From NCBI GenBank assembly GCA_032718475.1, contig JAUCBJ010006533.1:1-41443 (forward strand): a DNA stretch of 41,443 nt, given 5' to 3'. Within the stretch, counting starts at the first letter, position 1. Each line of letters begins with the position of its first letter. This document shows positions 1 through 11,239 of the stretch, in pieces. The DNA is from Nemertoderma westbladi (lineage: Eukaryota; Animalia; Xenacoelomorpha). A model generated the notes under the pieces. It made no database searches and was not told the DNA's origin. It saw nothing but the letters and a program-made list of their open reading frames with translations. Position numbers and translations under genes: made by a program.

Positions 1-198
1 TCGCCTCTGCTTTGTAGGACCAGCCAGTAATCTTGTGCTTTGGCAGCCTCACGGAGTGAATAACCATGGTGGACAGCCCATGACTTTCTTGAGACGCATC
101 TTAAAGGACACTGGCCTTGAAGATGCGGATGATCTAGCAAATTTCATGGGTGATAGGGAGTTGTGGCGGCGCAATTTTGTCGACAAGCCGGCACAGCA
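1..198 (+). mobile_element. 3' fragment of an RTE-clade non-LTR retrotransposon (same family as the copy at 20450-21566), cut by the window edge
   Basis: Near-identical by eye to 21299-21520; encodes LWQPHG..GGQPMTFLRRILKDTGLED..DRELWRR, the typical C-terminus of an RTE ORF (LWxP.HG...DR..WR). Confidence 0.85.
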
Positions 199-546
199 GA
201 TAATAGTGAATACTGGAATAGGCCTACAGATACTGAGATATGGAAATAATGGTAACCTGAACTGATTGGTTGCTGCTTAGAAGCAGCTTTCTCCAACCAC
301 ATTACTTTGTTTTACAACATGGAATAATGTTAATTGGAAAAGCCACGATCTAAGCACCAGTCAGTACTGCAGTAGGTCGGCCTACTACAGTCCAGTCAGC
401 TAGTACTAGTCCTGTAGTCATTCTCATTAAACAGCATTGCCGTACCAGTACGAGAGCCAGATTACCGCTAGCGCTACAGCGCTACTGAAAACACAAAGCA
501 GCAAAGGCAGAAAGGATTCTATTATCTGATTATAAAATACTAAAAT

Positions 547-2556
547 ATGTCTCATCAAACTGATAAGAAAATGCCCAAGTTTTCGACGGTAAGAAACAAA
601 ATGCCGGCGCCGGTGCAAATTACGGCGGAGCAACTTCTAAGGGAGGCGAAAGAGCGCGAATTGGAGATAATTCCCCCGCCCCCGAAACAGAAAGTTCAAG
701 ACGAAGACGAACTCAAAGATTATAAACTCAAGAAACGTAAAGTTTTCGAAGACATTTTGAGAAAAAATCGCAGTGTTATAACGAACTGGATTAAGTACGC
801 CCAATGGGAGGACAGTTTGGAGGAAGTTCAGCGGGCTCGTTCGATCTACGAACGGGCGTTGGATGTGGATCATCGGAACATAACGTTGTGGCTGAAATAC
901 GCAGAACTCGAGATGAAACACAAACAGGTGAACCACGCCCGGAACATATGGGACCGCGCGGTTACCATACTCCCACGAGCCAACCAGTTCTGGTACAAAT
1001 ACACCTACATGGAGGAGTTGCTAGGCAACGTGGTCGGAGCTCGACAGGTGTTCGAGCGCTGGGTGGAGTGGGAGCCGGAGGAGCAGGTCTGGTTCACCTA
1101 CGTCAAGTTCGAGTTGCGATACAACGAGAGGGATAACGCACGACAGGTTTACGAGCGTTTCGTCCGGTGCCATCCGGAGGTCCGGCATTGGATCCGATAC
1201 GCCAAGTTCGAGTCGCAGAACGGCTCGTCCGCCAACGCTCGATCCGTGTACGAACGGGCGGTGGAGTTCTTTGGGGAGGAACATCTCGACGATAAGTTGT
1301 TCGTGAGTTTCGCTAAGTTCGAGGAATCCCAGCGGGAGTACGAACGCGCGCGAGTTATCTATAAGTACGCGTTGGATAAACTCCCCAAGGAGGAGTCTGG
1401 GGCCGTGTTCGCGGCTTACACGAGCTTCGAGAAACGGTTCGGCGATAGGCGAGGCATCGAGGACGTCATCCTGAATAAACGCCGGTTCCAGTACGAGGAA
1501 GAAGTCGCCAACAACCCGCTGAACTACGACGCCTGGTTCGACTACCTCCGTCTGTTGGAGTCGGATTCGGATGCGGACTCAGTGCGGGAAGTCTACGAAC
1601 GCGCCCTCGGGAATCCGCCGCCCGTCCTCGAGAAGCGGATGTGGCGGCGGTACGTCTATCTTTGGATCTACTACGCGGTGTTCGAGGAGTTGTCCGGAGA
1701 GACGGGCCGCGCGCGGGCCGTTTACGCGGCCGCTCTCGCCGCTATTCCGCACGCGCGGTTCACCTTCGCCAAGGTGTGGCTGCTCGCCGCGCAGTTGGAG
1801 GTCCGCGCCAAGCAGCTCCCTGCGGCGCGACGGCTGCTAGGCAACGCGTTGGGTCGCTGTCCCAAAGACAAACTATTTAAGGGCTACATCGACCTGGAGC
1901 TGCAACTCCGGGAGTTCGATCGGTGTCGCGTTCTGTACCAGAAACATCTGGAGTTCAACCCCGAGAACTGCACCACCTGGCTGCGGTTCGCCGAGTTGGA
2001 GGCCTTACTCGGGGATACCGACCGAGCGCGGGCGATCTACGAGTTGGCGACCGCCCAACCTCGGATGGACCTACCGGAGGTCCTCTGGAAGTCCTTCATA
2101 GACTTTGAGATCGAGTTGGAGGAGTGGGAGCGCGCGCGGGGGCTCTACAACAAACTGCTGGAGAGAACGCAACATGTCAAGGTGTGGAAGAGTTACGCGG
2201 CCTTCGAGGCTTCCCACGGCGACCGCGAAGAGGCGCTGCTGCGAGCCCGGGGCGTCTACAAGGAGTCCAACGAGTCCCTCAGACTGGACGGCACCAAGGA
2301 GGACCGGGTCGCCTTACTGGAATCCTGGTTGACCTTCGAGACTCAGCAGGGAGACTCGGATTCAATCGCCGCGGTTAATAAACTAATGGCAAAGAAGGTG
2401 AAGAAGCGACGGAAGATAGTGACCGAGGATGGGAGCGAGGCGGGGTGGGAGGAGTACTTCGATTATATATTCCCGGCAGACGAAGCCGCCCAACCGAACC
2501 TGAAACTCCTAGAGGCCGCCCGGATGTGGAAGAAACATGTAGAACTTCCAACATAA
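547..2556 (+). CDS. CRNKL1: Crooked neck-like protein 1 (Crn/Clf1/Syf3), NTC/Prp19-complex pre-mRNA splicing factor with HAT repeats; single coding exon
   Basis: 669-aa ORF with the diagnostic N-terminus KMPAPVQITAEQLLREAKER, tandem HAT repeats (WIKYAQWE, ARSIYERALD, WLKYAELE, NPLNYDAWFDY) and the conserved C-terminus GWEEYFDYIFPAD..NLKLLEAARMWK. Confidence 0.97.
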   Translation: MSHQTDKKMPKFSTVRNKMPAPVQITAEQLLREAKERELEIIPPPPKQKVQDEDELKDYKLKKRKVFEDILRKNRSVITNWIKYAQWEDSLEEVQRARSIYERALDVDHRNITLWLKYAELEMKHKQVNHARNIWDRAVTILPRANQFWYKYTYMEELLGNVVGARQVFERWVEWEPEEQVWFTYVKFELRYNERDNARQVYERFVRCHPEVRHWIRYAKFESQNGSSANARSVYERAVEFFGEEHLDDKLFVSFAKFEESQREYERARVIYKYALDKLPKEESGAVFAAYTSFEKRFGDRRGIEDVILNKRRFQYEEEVANNPLNYDAWFDYLRLLESDSDADSVREVYERALGNPPPVLEKRMWRRYVYLWIYYAVFEELSGETGRARAVYAAALAAIPHARFTFAKVWLLAAQLEVRAKQLPAARRLLGNALGRCPKDKLFKGYIDLELQLREFDRCRVLYQKHLEFNPENCTTWLRFAELEALLGDTDRARAIYELATAQPRMDLPEVLWKSFIDFEIELEEWERARGLYNKLLERTQHVKVWKSYAAFEASHGDREEALLRARGVYKESNESLRLDGTKEDRVALLESWLTFETQQGDSDSIAAVNKLMAKKVKKRRKIVTEDGSEAGWEEYFDYIFPADEAAQPNLKLLEAARMWKKHVELPT

Positions 2557-2828
2557 CTGAATCCATTCTAACGCGGTCGTTTGTATTTCAGTAATATTTT
2601 TTAATGTAAAATAGTTTTATAAGATGTAATTAGAACATAATATTGCAGTATAATATATAAACTTCTCAACGCAGTAACAATGCCTCCCACCCTGTGTTGT
2701 CTTTGTGATAAAGAATTGGTGCCATTAGTTATTTAACCTAGATTGAATTTCCAGATATGGGAGAACTCTTCACGCAATAAAAATCCATTCCTCTCCAGGG
2801 GAAATTCGACGCAAATAACAGTTGATTA

Positions 2829-2997
2829 CTCTCAAGGATAAAACTATAGCCTGTTCAATTGACTTTAGTTTATTGTTTTGGTTAAAGTAACGTGCCTTTG
2901 GAAACCTGCTCCTTTCCCTTAAATTATTAATTTAAAATTGAGACGAGATATTAATTCGCCGAGATGGGATTTGCGTCCAGTTTCCACCACAGTCTCC
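2829..2997 (+). repeat. Dispersed repeat, copy 1 of 3 (others 5976-6136 and 9494-9561)
   Basis: Shared sequence ATAAAACTA..TGTTC..TTTAGTTTATTGTTTTGGTTAAA; copies 1 and 2 continue AACCTGCTCCTTT..GATATTAATTCGCC..GATTTGCGTCCAGTTT..GTCTCC. Confidence 0.8.
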
Positions 2998-3071
2998 GAA
3001 TTTCTAACTAATATTTCTCGTAATTTTATTTATTGCCTGTTGACATGTACTGAGGTAAATATTAGGTGTGG

Positions 3072-5848
3072 GGAAGGGTGGATTGTCGTCCCAGCCTAGG
3101 ACCCCCGCACCCTAGGAAGGGTGGATTGTCGTCCCAGCCCCCGCACACTAGGAAGGGTGGATTGTCGTCCCAGCCCAGGACCCCCGCACACTAGGAAGGG
3201 TGGATTGTCGTCCCAGCCCAGAACCCCCGCACACTAGGAAGGGTGGATTGTCGTCCCAGCCCAGGACCGCCGCACACTAGGAAGGGTGGATTGTCGTCCC
3301 AGCCCAGGACCCCCGCACACTAGGAAGGGGGATTGTCGTCCCAGCCCAGGACCCCCGCACACTAGGAAGGGTGGATTGTCGTCCCAGCCCAGGACCCCCG
3401 CACACTAGGAAGGGTGGATTGTCGTCCCAGCCCAGGACCGCCGCACACTAGGAAGGGTGGATTGTCGTCCCAGCCCAGACCCCCGCACACTAGGAAGGGT
3501 GGATTGTCGTCCCAGCCCAGGACCCCCGCACACTAGGAAGGGTGGATTGTCGTCCCAGCCCAGGACCCCCGCACACTAGGAAGGGGGATTGTCGTCCCAG
3601 CCCAGGACCCCCGCACACTAGGAAGGGTGGATTGTCGTCCCAGCCCAGGACCCCCGCACACTAGGAAGGGGGATTGTCGTCCCAGCCCAGGACCCCCGCA
3701 CACTAGGAAGGGTGGATTGTCGTCCTAGCCCAGGACCCCCGCACACTAGGAAGGGTGGATTGTCGTCCCAGCCCAGGACCCCCGCACACTAGGAAGGGTG
3801 GATTGTCGTCCCAGCCCAGGACCCCCGCACACTAGGAAGGGTGGATTGTCGTCCCAGCCCAGGACCCCCGCGCACTAGAAAGGGGGATTGTCGTCCCAGC
3901 CCAGGACCCCCGCACACTAGGAAGGGTGGATTGTCGTCTCAGCCCAGGACCCCCGCACACTAGGAAGGGTGGATTGTCGTCCCAGCCCAGGACCCCCGCA
4001 CACTAGGAAGGGGGATTGTCGTCCCAGCCCAGGACCCCCGCACACTAGGAAGGGTGGATTGTCGTCCCAGCCCAGGACCCCCGCACACTAGGAAGGGTGG
4101 ATTGTGGTCCCAGCCCAGGACCCCCGCACACTAGGAAGGGTGGATTGTCGTCCCAGCCCAGGACCCCCGCACACTAGGAAGGGTGGATTGTCGTCCCAGC
4201 CCAGGACCCCCGCACACTAGGAAGGGGGATTGTCGTCCCAGCCCAGGACCCCCGCACACTAGGAAGGGTGGATAGTCGTCCCAGCCCAGACCCCCGCACA
4301 CTAGGAAGGGTGGATTGTCGTCCCAGCCCAGGACCCCCGCACACTAGGAAGGGTGGATTGTCGTCCCAGCCCAGGACCCCCGCACACTAGGAAGGGGGAT
4401 TGTCGTCCCAGCCCAGGACCCCCGCACACTAGGAAGGGGGATTGTCGTCCCAGCCCAGGACCCCCGCACACTAGGAAGGGTGGATTGTCGTCCCAGCCCA
4501 GGACCCCCGCACACTAGGAAGGGGGATTGTCGTCCCAGCCCAGGACCCCCGCACACTAGGAAGGGGGATTGTCGTCCCAGCCCAGGACCCCCGCACCCTA
4601 GGAAGGGTGGATTGTCGTCCCAGCCCAGGACCCCCGCACACTAGGAAGGGGGATTGTCGTCCCAGCCCAGGACCCACGCACACTAGGAAGGGGGATTTTC
4701 GTCCCAGCCCAGACCCCCGCACACTAGGAAGGGTGGATTGTCGTCCCAGCCCAGGACCGCCGCACACTAGGAAGGGTGGATTGTCGTCCCAGCCCAGGAC
4801 CGCCGCACACTAGGAAGGGTGGATTGTCGTCCCAGCCCAGGACCCCCGCACACTAGGAAGGGGGATTGTCGTCCCAGCCCAGGACCCCCGCACACTAGGA
4901 AGGGTGGATTGTCGTCCCAGCCCAGGACCCCCGCACACTAGGAAGGGTGGATTGTCGTCCCAGCCCAGACCCCCGCACACTAGGAAGGGTGGATTGTCGT
5001 CCCAGCCCAGACCCCCGCACACTAGGAAGGGTGGATTGTCGTCCCAGCCCAGGACCGCCGCACACTAGGAAGGGTGGATTGTCGTCCCAGCCCAGACCCC
5101 CGCACACTAGGAAGGGTGGATTGTCGTCCCAGCCCAGGACCCCCGCACACTAGGAAGGGTGGATTGTCGTCCCAGCCCAGGACCCCCGCACACTAGGAAG
5201 GGGGATTTTCGTCCCAGCCCAGGACCCCCGCACACTAGGAAGGGTGGATTGTCGTCCCAGCCCAGGACCCCCGCACACTAGGAAGGGGGATTGTCGTCCC
5301 AGCCCAGGACCCCCGCACACTAGGAAGGGTGGATTGTCGTCCCAGCCCAGGACCCCCGCGCACTAGAAAGGGGGATTGTCGTCCCAGCCCAGGACCCCCG
5401 CACACTAGGAAGGGTGGATTGTCGTCCCAGCCCAGGACCCCCGCACACTAGGAAGGGGGATTGTCGTCCCAGCCCAGGACCCCCGCACACTAGGAAGGGT
5501 GGATTGTCGTCCTAGCCCAGGACCCCCGCACACTAGGAAGGGTGGATTGTCGTCCCAGCCCAGGACCCCCGCACACTAGGAAGGGTGGATTGTCGTCCCA
5601 GCCCAGGACCCCCGCACACTAGGAAGGGTGGATTGTCGTCCCAGCCCAGGACCCCCGCACACTAGGAAGGGTGGATTGTCGTCCCAGCCCAGACCCCCGC
5701 ACACTAGGAAGGGTGGATTGTCGTCCCAGCCCAGGACCCCCGCACACTAGGAAGGGTGGATTGTCGTCCCAGCCCAGGACCCCCGCACACTAGGAAGGGT
5801 GGATTGTCGTCCCAGCCCAGGACCCCCGCACACTAGGAAGGGGGATTG
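3072..5848. repeat. GC-rich minisatellite, 43-bp unit GGAAGGGTGGATTGTCGTCCCAGCCCAGGACCCCCGCACACTA, ~65 copies
   Basis: Directly visible tandem array with 42-bp single-base-deletion variants; overlapping ORFs are repeat translations. Confidence 0.98.
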
Positions 5849-5975
5849 CTGTACCAGGAGGACCACTGCCTCATTTATCCTTATCTTGGGGGCTCCTAAA
5901 ACTCAATCCGAGTTGGCTCCCTTTATTTTACATTCTCTGAATTTGGTGGTTCTTATTCTCTTTTTACTACTAAAA

Positions 5976-6136
5976 TCTCAAAAATAAAACTAACTTGTTC
6001 TATTGTATTTAGTTTATTGTTTTGGTTAAAATATGTTTTGGTAACCTGCTCCTTTACCTAAATTGATAATTTAACATTGAGGCGGGATATTAATTCGCCA
6101 ACATGAGATTTGCGTCCAGTTTACCCCCCTGTCTCC
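5976..6136 (+). repeat. Dispersed repeat, copy 2
   Basis: Colinear direct repeat of 2829-2997 with scattered substitutions and small indels. Confidence 0.8.
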
Positions 6137-6779
6137 ATTATCATTGGCGCAACCCAACCCATTCTAGAATTCCAAATCATAAATAATCAGCTAATTATTT
6201 TAAGGGGGTTGGCGCTATCTTAACACAGTCAATGAAATCCAATAGTAACAGGGCAAGGCTTTGTCCAAAATTAATAATTTGAGCTATAAGGGTCAATCGA
6301 TAACTAAAGATTGTTTTAAAAAAAATTGTAATATAGTTATAATAATTTAGTGCTAATTAGTAGTATACAATTATTACTATTACTAAAAACAATACTCTTC
6401 GAACAAACATTAGTTATATAACTAGTTATTTCGTATATATAATTAGGATATACTTTTGAATAAAAGTTTTTGGTCAACATTTTTTGATATTATTGATTAT
6501 TTCCAATTTTATTACCAAATTAATTAATTATTTTCATATTTATTTTCAAAAAATTAGCGTTTCTCACATTTCGAAGCCAATAAAATGAGATAGGATCAAA
6601 TTTTAAAATTCTGACCAAAGCTTTTGAAGACACCAAGCTTGTGATTACTGTGTCCAAATTTCATCAAAAAATATTAAAAATTGGCAGAAGAGTAGCATTT
6701 TTAATTTCGTAAAAATGAAAAAATTCCATTCTGAGATAATTGCCTTTAAAGTTTGAACCTTCCCGCGCATAAAATATCT

Positions 6780-7300
6780 GTTAATATGTGAGAATGTCTG
6801 TCAATATATATCTAGCAACAAGAAAGCACAAACTCATTCTAAGGTTTTTGCTATGAGGGTTTTCCTGGACGCTGATTTCGTTTCTGAGGTCAATTTTCAC
6901 TTTTAATAAAATCTAGTTTGTTTGTCTGTCGGTCTATCCGACTGTCTGTCTGTCAAATATAAGAAAAAGGCAAACCATCTAGCTAAAAGTTTAGCCATAG
7001 GTGTTTTCCTGGTCTCAGAATTAATTTCGAGTGTCAAATTTAACATTTGATGACTTCCAAATTGTCGGTTTGGGTGTCAGACTGTCGGTTATAATTTGAC
7101 AGACAGAGTGACGGCATACAGACAGAACCGACAATATTGATTAATGACATCAGAAATGAAGTCACCGACAACGAAAACCTATACACGGAATTTTTTAGAA
7201 GGATAGTATGCTATTAATTGAGGGACAGACATACTGACGGACAAACCCGACAGTAAAACGGACCGACAGCCATATCTCGAGAAGTAAGACAGATCTTGCT
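6780..7300. mobile_element. Non-autonomous foldback/MITE-like element with inverted internal motifs and GACA/TGTC microsatellite patches
   Basis: The motif TTTGCTATGAGGGTTTTCCTGGACGCTGATTTCGTTTCTGAGGTCA (~6848) and a degenerate copy (~6990) face an inverted copy GACATCAGAAATGAAGTCACCGACAACGAAAACCTATA (~7146); TGTCTGTC on the left, GACAGACA on the right. Boundaries approximate. Confidence 0.55.
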
Positions 7301-7864
7301 AAACGGTTTTCAAATTTGGAATCTTGATAAAAATCTGCTCCAGATGAAATAGAACAAAATTATTTGTAAAAAATTATTGAAATAGTTTAATATTTTAATT
7401 TATAAACGAAACATTACGTTTCTAAGAGTGTAAATTTAGGTAGAGTAATGTACCCGGAGTAACCAAATTGATATGGAATTGAAAATGACTCAATATTTAA
7501 TTTATGTTATTGGGAGTGTTTTATAGAATTAAAATCCTTTATGGCCATCTAGAGGTAAACAATCGCACTGAACTAACATTAACGAGTTCATGTTACTACC
7601 GTTTGGTAGTTTTCACATGCACTATATTTAATTCCACGGCTATAAATATATAGTAAATTCAATGCTGTGCTGGCTGCGCTATGGGTTCTATATTTAACGC
7701 CATAGAGGTAGTAAAGTTTTATTCGGCCCGGGATTACTCACACGACATTTCCAGTGGAGTCCCCCCAGAACAATACTCCACAAAAGGAACTGGTTCTCAT
7801 TTAGCTACTATTTAAGGATGCAAGGCAGAGAGATTAGTCCTGGTTAATTAATAGTTAATGTCCG

Positions 7865-9176
7865 TCGTAAAACAGAGACGATACCGTTCTGGTAAGGTAT
7901 ACGGCATTCGTAAAACAGAGACGATACCGTTCTGGTAAGGTATACGGCATTCGTAAAACAGAGACTATACCGTTCTGGTAAGGTATACGGCATTCGTAAG
8001 ACAGAGACGATACCGTTCTGGTAAGGTATACGGCATTCGTAAGACAGAGACTATACCGTTCTGGTAAGGTATACGGCATTCGTAAGACAGAGACGATACC
8101 GTTCTGGTAAGGTATACGGCATTCGTAAAACAGAGACGATACCGTTCTGGTAAGGTATACGGCATTCGTAAGACAGAGACGATACCGTTCTGGTAAGGTA
8201 TACGGCATTCGTAAAACAGAGACGATACCGTTCTGGTAAGGTATACGGCATTCGTAAAACAGAGACTATACCGTTCTGGTAAGGTATACGGCATTCGTAA
8301 AACAGAGACGATACCGTTCTGGTAAGGTATACGGCATTCGTAAGACAGAGACGATACCGTTCTGGTAAGGTATACGGCATTCGTAAAACAGAGACGATAC
8401 CGTTCTGGTAAGGTATACGGCATTCGTAAAACAGAGACTATACCGTTCTGGTAAGGTATACGGCATTCGTAAAACAGAGACGATACCGTTCTGGTAAGGT
8501 ATACGGCATTCGTAAGACAGAGACTATACCGTTCTGGAAAGGTATACGGCATTCGTAAAACAGAGACGATATACCGTTCTGGTAAGGTATACGGCATTCG
8601 TAAGACAGAGACTATATACCGTTCTGGTAAGGTATACGGCATTCGTAAGACAGAGACGATACCGTTCTGGTAAGGTATATGGCATTATCGTAAAACAGAG
8701 ACGATACCGTTCTGGTAAGGTATACGGCATTCGTAAAACAGAGACGATATACCGTTCTGGTAAGGTATACGGCATTCGTAAGACAGAGACTATATACCGT
8801 TCTGGTAAGGTATACGGCATTCGTAAGACAGAGACTATACCATTCTGGTAAGGTATACGGTATTCGTAAAACAGAGACGATACCGTTCTGGTAAGGTATA
8901 CGGCATTCGTAAGACAGAGACTATACCGTTCTGGTAAGGTATACGGCATTCGTAAGACAGAGACGATACCGTTCTGGTAAGGTATATGGCATTCGTAAAA
9001 CAGAGACGATACCGTTCTGGTAAGGTATACGGCATTCGTAAAGCAGAGACGATATACCGTTCTGGTAAGGTATACGGCATTCGTAAGACAGAGACTATAT
9101 ACCGTTCTGGTAAGGTATACGGCATTCGTAAGACAGAGACTATACCGTTCTGGTAAGGTATACGGCATTCGTAAGA
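7865..9176. repeat. Minisatellite, 43-bp unit CGTAAAACAGAGACGATACCGTTCTGGTAAGGTATACGGCATT, ~30 copies
   Basis: Directly visible; variants AAAC/AGAC, GAT/TAT and +TA (45-bp) units in the 3' half. Confidence 0.98.
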
Positions 9177-9195
9177 AATCAATGACACAATCTAA

Positions 9196-9408
9196 TGTGG
9201 CCTTGCGTGTAACTGTAAACTGTATATAAATTTTATACAAAACGTTTCTACAGTAACAGATATTCGTTTTAAAATCGAACAAAATGTGCCACTTCGGTTC
9301 GGTGGCATTGTGGTAACAAAGACGTAATGGAGACATTCAAATAGAAAACGAACGCGTAGAAATAAATCGAAAACTATTTTGGAAACAAAATGCTATAAGG
9401 CGAAAAGC
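9196..9408 (+). repeat. Left arm of a long imperfect inverted repeat (partner 11061-11239)
   Basis: TGTGGCCTTGCGTGTAACTGTA...ATAAATCGAAAACTATTTTGGAAACAAAATGCTATAAGGCGAAAAGC matches the reverse complement of 11061-11239. Confidence 0.8.
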
Positions 9409-9493
9409 TGACCAAAAGGGTCGGAGTAAAACGCGGATCCGGATTCTACATTCAACATTGTCCCTAAAGTTGATTTTTTTTACATTTTTATAA

Positions 9494-9561
9494 CTCCCAA
9501 AAATAAAACTATAACCTGTTCTATTGACTTTAGTTTATTGTTTTGGTTAAAATAACGTGCC
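9494..9561 (+). repeat. Dispersed repeat, truncated copy 3
   Basis: AAAATAAAACTATAACCTGTTCTATTGACTTTAGTTTATTGTTTTTGGTTAAAATAACGTGCC matches ~2838-2897. Confidence 0.8.
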
Positions 9562-10615
9562 ACTGTAACAGCTTGTTAACACTTGGTTAGGAGAAATATT
9601 TATTAATTATAACCCAGTTCCCATAACTTCTGTCCACTCTAATTTATCTGAATTTGATGCCCGACTTATTGAGACAGTCTAGAATAGAAAGTGACTTATT
9701 CCGTTTTGACTTAAACTCCCTTCCCAGCCTTGGAGATTGCTAGGAAAGCGAATCTGGGGATTGATTGAATGATCTTCTACCATCCTCTACGATCGAGTTA
9801 AATCTTTCAGATAACGAGTTTCGGTTAGAATGGGGTCTCCTTGTTGGCGAAGCACCTAAACCCAACCTAACAAATGACTGAGGTTAACCAAGATAACTGA
9901 ACTGTATCCAACATACACTTCTATATGAAACATTAAATTCATTCTTTCTCAATTTTCGTGTATCCCTCCTTCATTTCCACCACTTAGTACTGTACCATTT
10001 TTTGTGTATACTGTGTATGGTGTATTGTATGTGTATCCGTCAATAAATAATAATAATAATACCAAATAAATACCTTTTTAGACGTTCTGTGTTAGTGTTC
10101 TAGACGTTTTTTTTTTACAAATTTAATAATATGATCAATTACCTATTTCATGTGACAACAGGTACAAGACAAATATGAAAATATGAATTTATTTTGATAT
10201 ATTTAAAGTGTATAAGAAAACATAGTGGCCATTTAGCCATGGAGGTAAAAATATATTCAGGGAGTAGTTAAAAAAACATTCCGAGTCTCACCCCACTTAG
10301 CGGAAACCTCTAAATATCGTGATTAGAGTTATACAGATTAGTATGGAGCCTGTAGATTTACGCCCGTATTCTCATTCATGTCATTTACATTTCCGCCAAA
10401 TTTATGTGTGCGTACTGGTAATGTAAATCTCAATTGGCGATTAATGCATAAATTGTTACTAAGTCCTGTATATAAATGAGTTGAACAGAAGGGTGACTGG
10501 CACGTCTGTTACACAATGGTGTTGGATACAATACCACTAACTATGTGTCACAGTAACGCATATAGTTAAATCGGTGGCTTAATAAAATCTCTTTCATAGA
10601 ATAATTCCGCGCCAA

Positions 10616-10726
10616 GGACACACGGATAGTTCACCTTGTCGAGCAGTTTTCCGGACACACAGATAATTCACCTTGTCGAGCTGTTTGCCGGACACACAGA
10701 TAGTTCACATTATCGAGCTGTTTGCC
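10616..10726. repeat. Short tandem repeat, 37-bp unit x3
   Basis: GGACACAC(A/G)GATA(G/A)TTCAC(C/A)TT(G/A)TCGAGC..TTT.CC recurs with GATA at 10625, 10662 and 10699. Confidence 0.85.
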
Positions 10727-11060
10727 CCACCCATGTAAAATATAGTAATCATCAATGTTTTGGTGAACATAATCTTAGGGCGTTGTGACAGATAAGTGGC
10801 AGTAAGTGGAGTAACACCGAGTAAAGTATTGTATAATCCACTAGATTGAATTCGAAATGAGATCGTACGAAATGACATCATTACCAACTGAGAGACTTAA
10901 ATTAATCGCGAAATAATAATTACAAATTTGACGATTATTTATATGTTTTGTGTATCTAATTTATTATAGCGAATTGGTTTCCTTTTATCGGCATCGATAT
11001 TTTTGATGGGTTGATGTAACTGGAACTCAAATCTTTCTATATCTTAGGGTTGCAATTATT

Positions 11061-11239
11061 GCTTTTCGCCTTTTAGCATTTTGTTTCTTAAATCGTTTTC
11101 GATTTATGTTTACGCGTTTGTCTTCGTTTTGAATATCTCAACTACGTTTGTTGCCACCTAAATGGTACATTCGTTCAATGAATATCTATTATAAATGTAT
11201 TGTGTAATTAATGGGACTACAGTTAGGCGCAAGGCCACA
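11061..11239 (-). repeat. Right arm of the long imperfect inverted repeat (partner 9196-9408)
   Basis: GCTTTTCGCCTTTTAGCATTTTGTTTC..CGATTTAT..TACGCGTT..TACAGTTAGGCGCAAGGCCACA is the reverse complement of the left arm; the central part is more diverged. Confidence 0.8.

Noticed and set aside
637-2566. Short alternative-frame and antisense ORFs overlapping CRNKL1
   Set aside because: Expected by-products of a GC-rich CDS; no recognisable motifs.
3072-9176. CRISPR-like appearance of the 43-bp arrays (likewise the 41-bp and 30-bp arrays) and the ORFs inside them
   Set aside because: Units are head-to-tail with no unique spacers, there are no cas genes, and the context is eukaryotic; the ORFs are periodic translations.
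9600-10060. Possible eroded CR1/L2-type LINE 3' end with AATAAATAATAATAAT tail; also checked for a hammerhead ribozyme around GTTTCGG
   Set aside because: Only faint peptide resemblance needing several frameshifts; no CTGANGA core correctly placed relative to GAAA.
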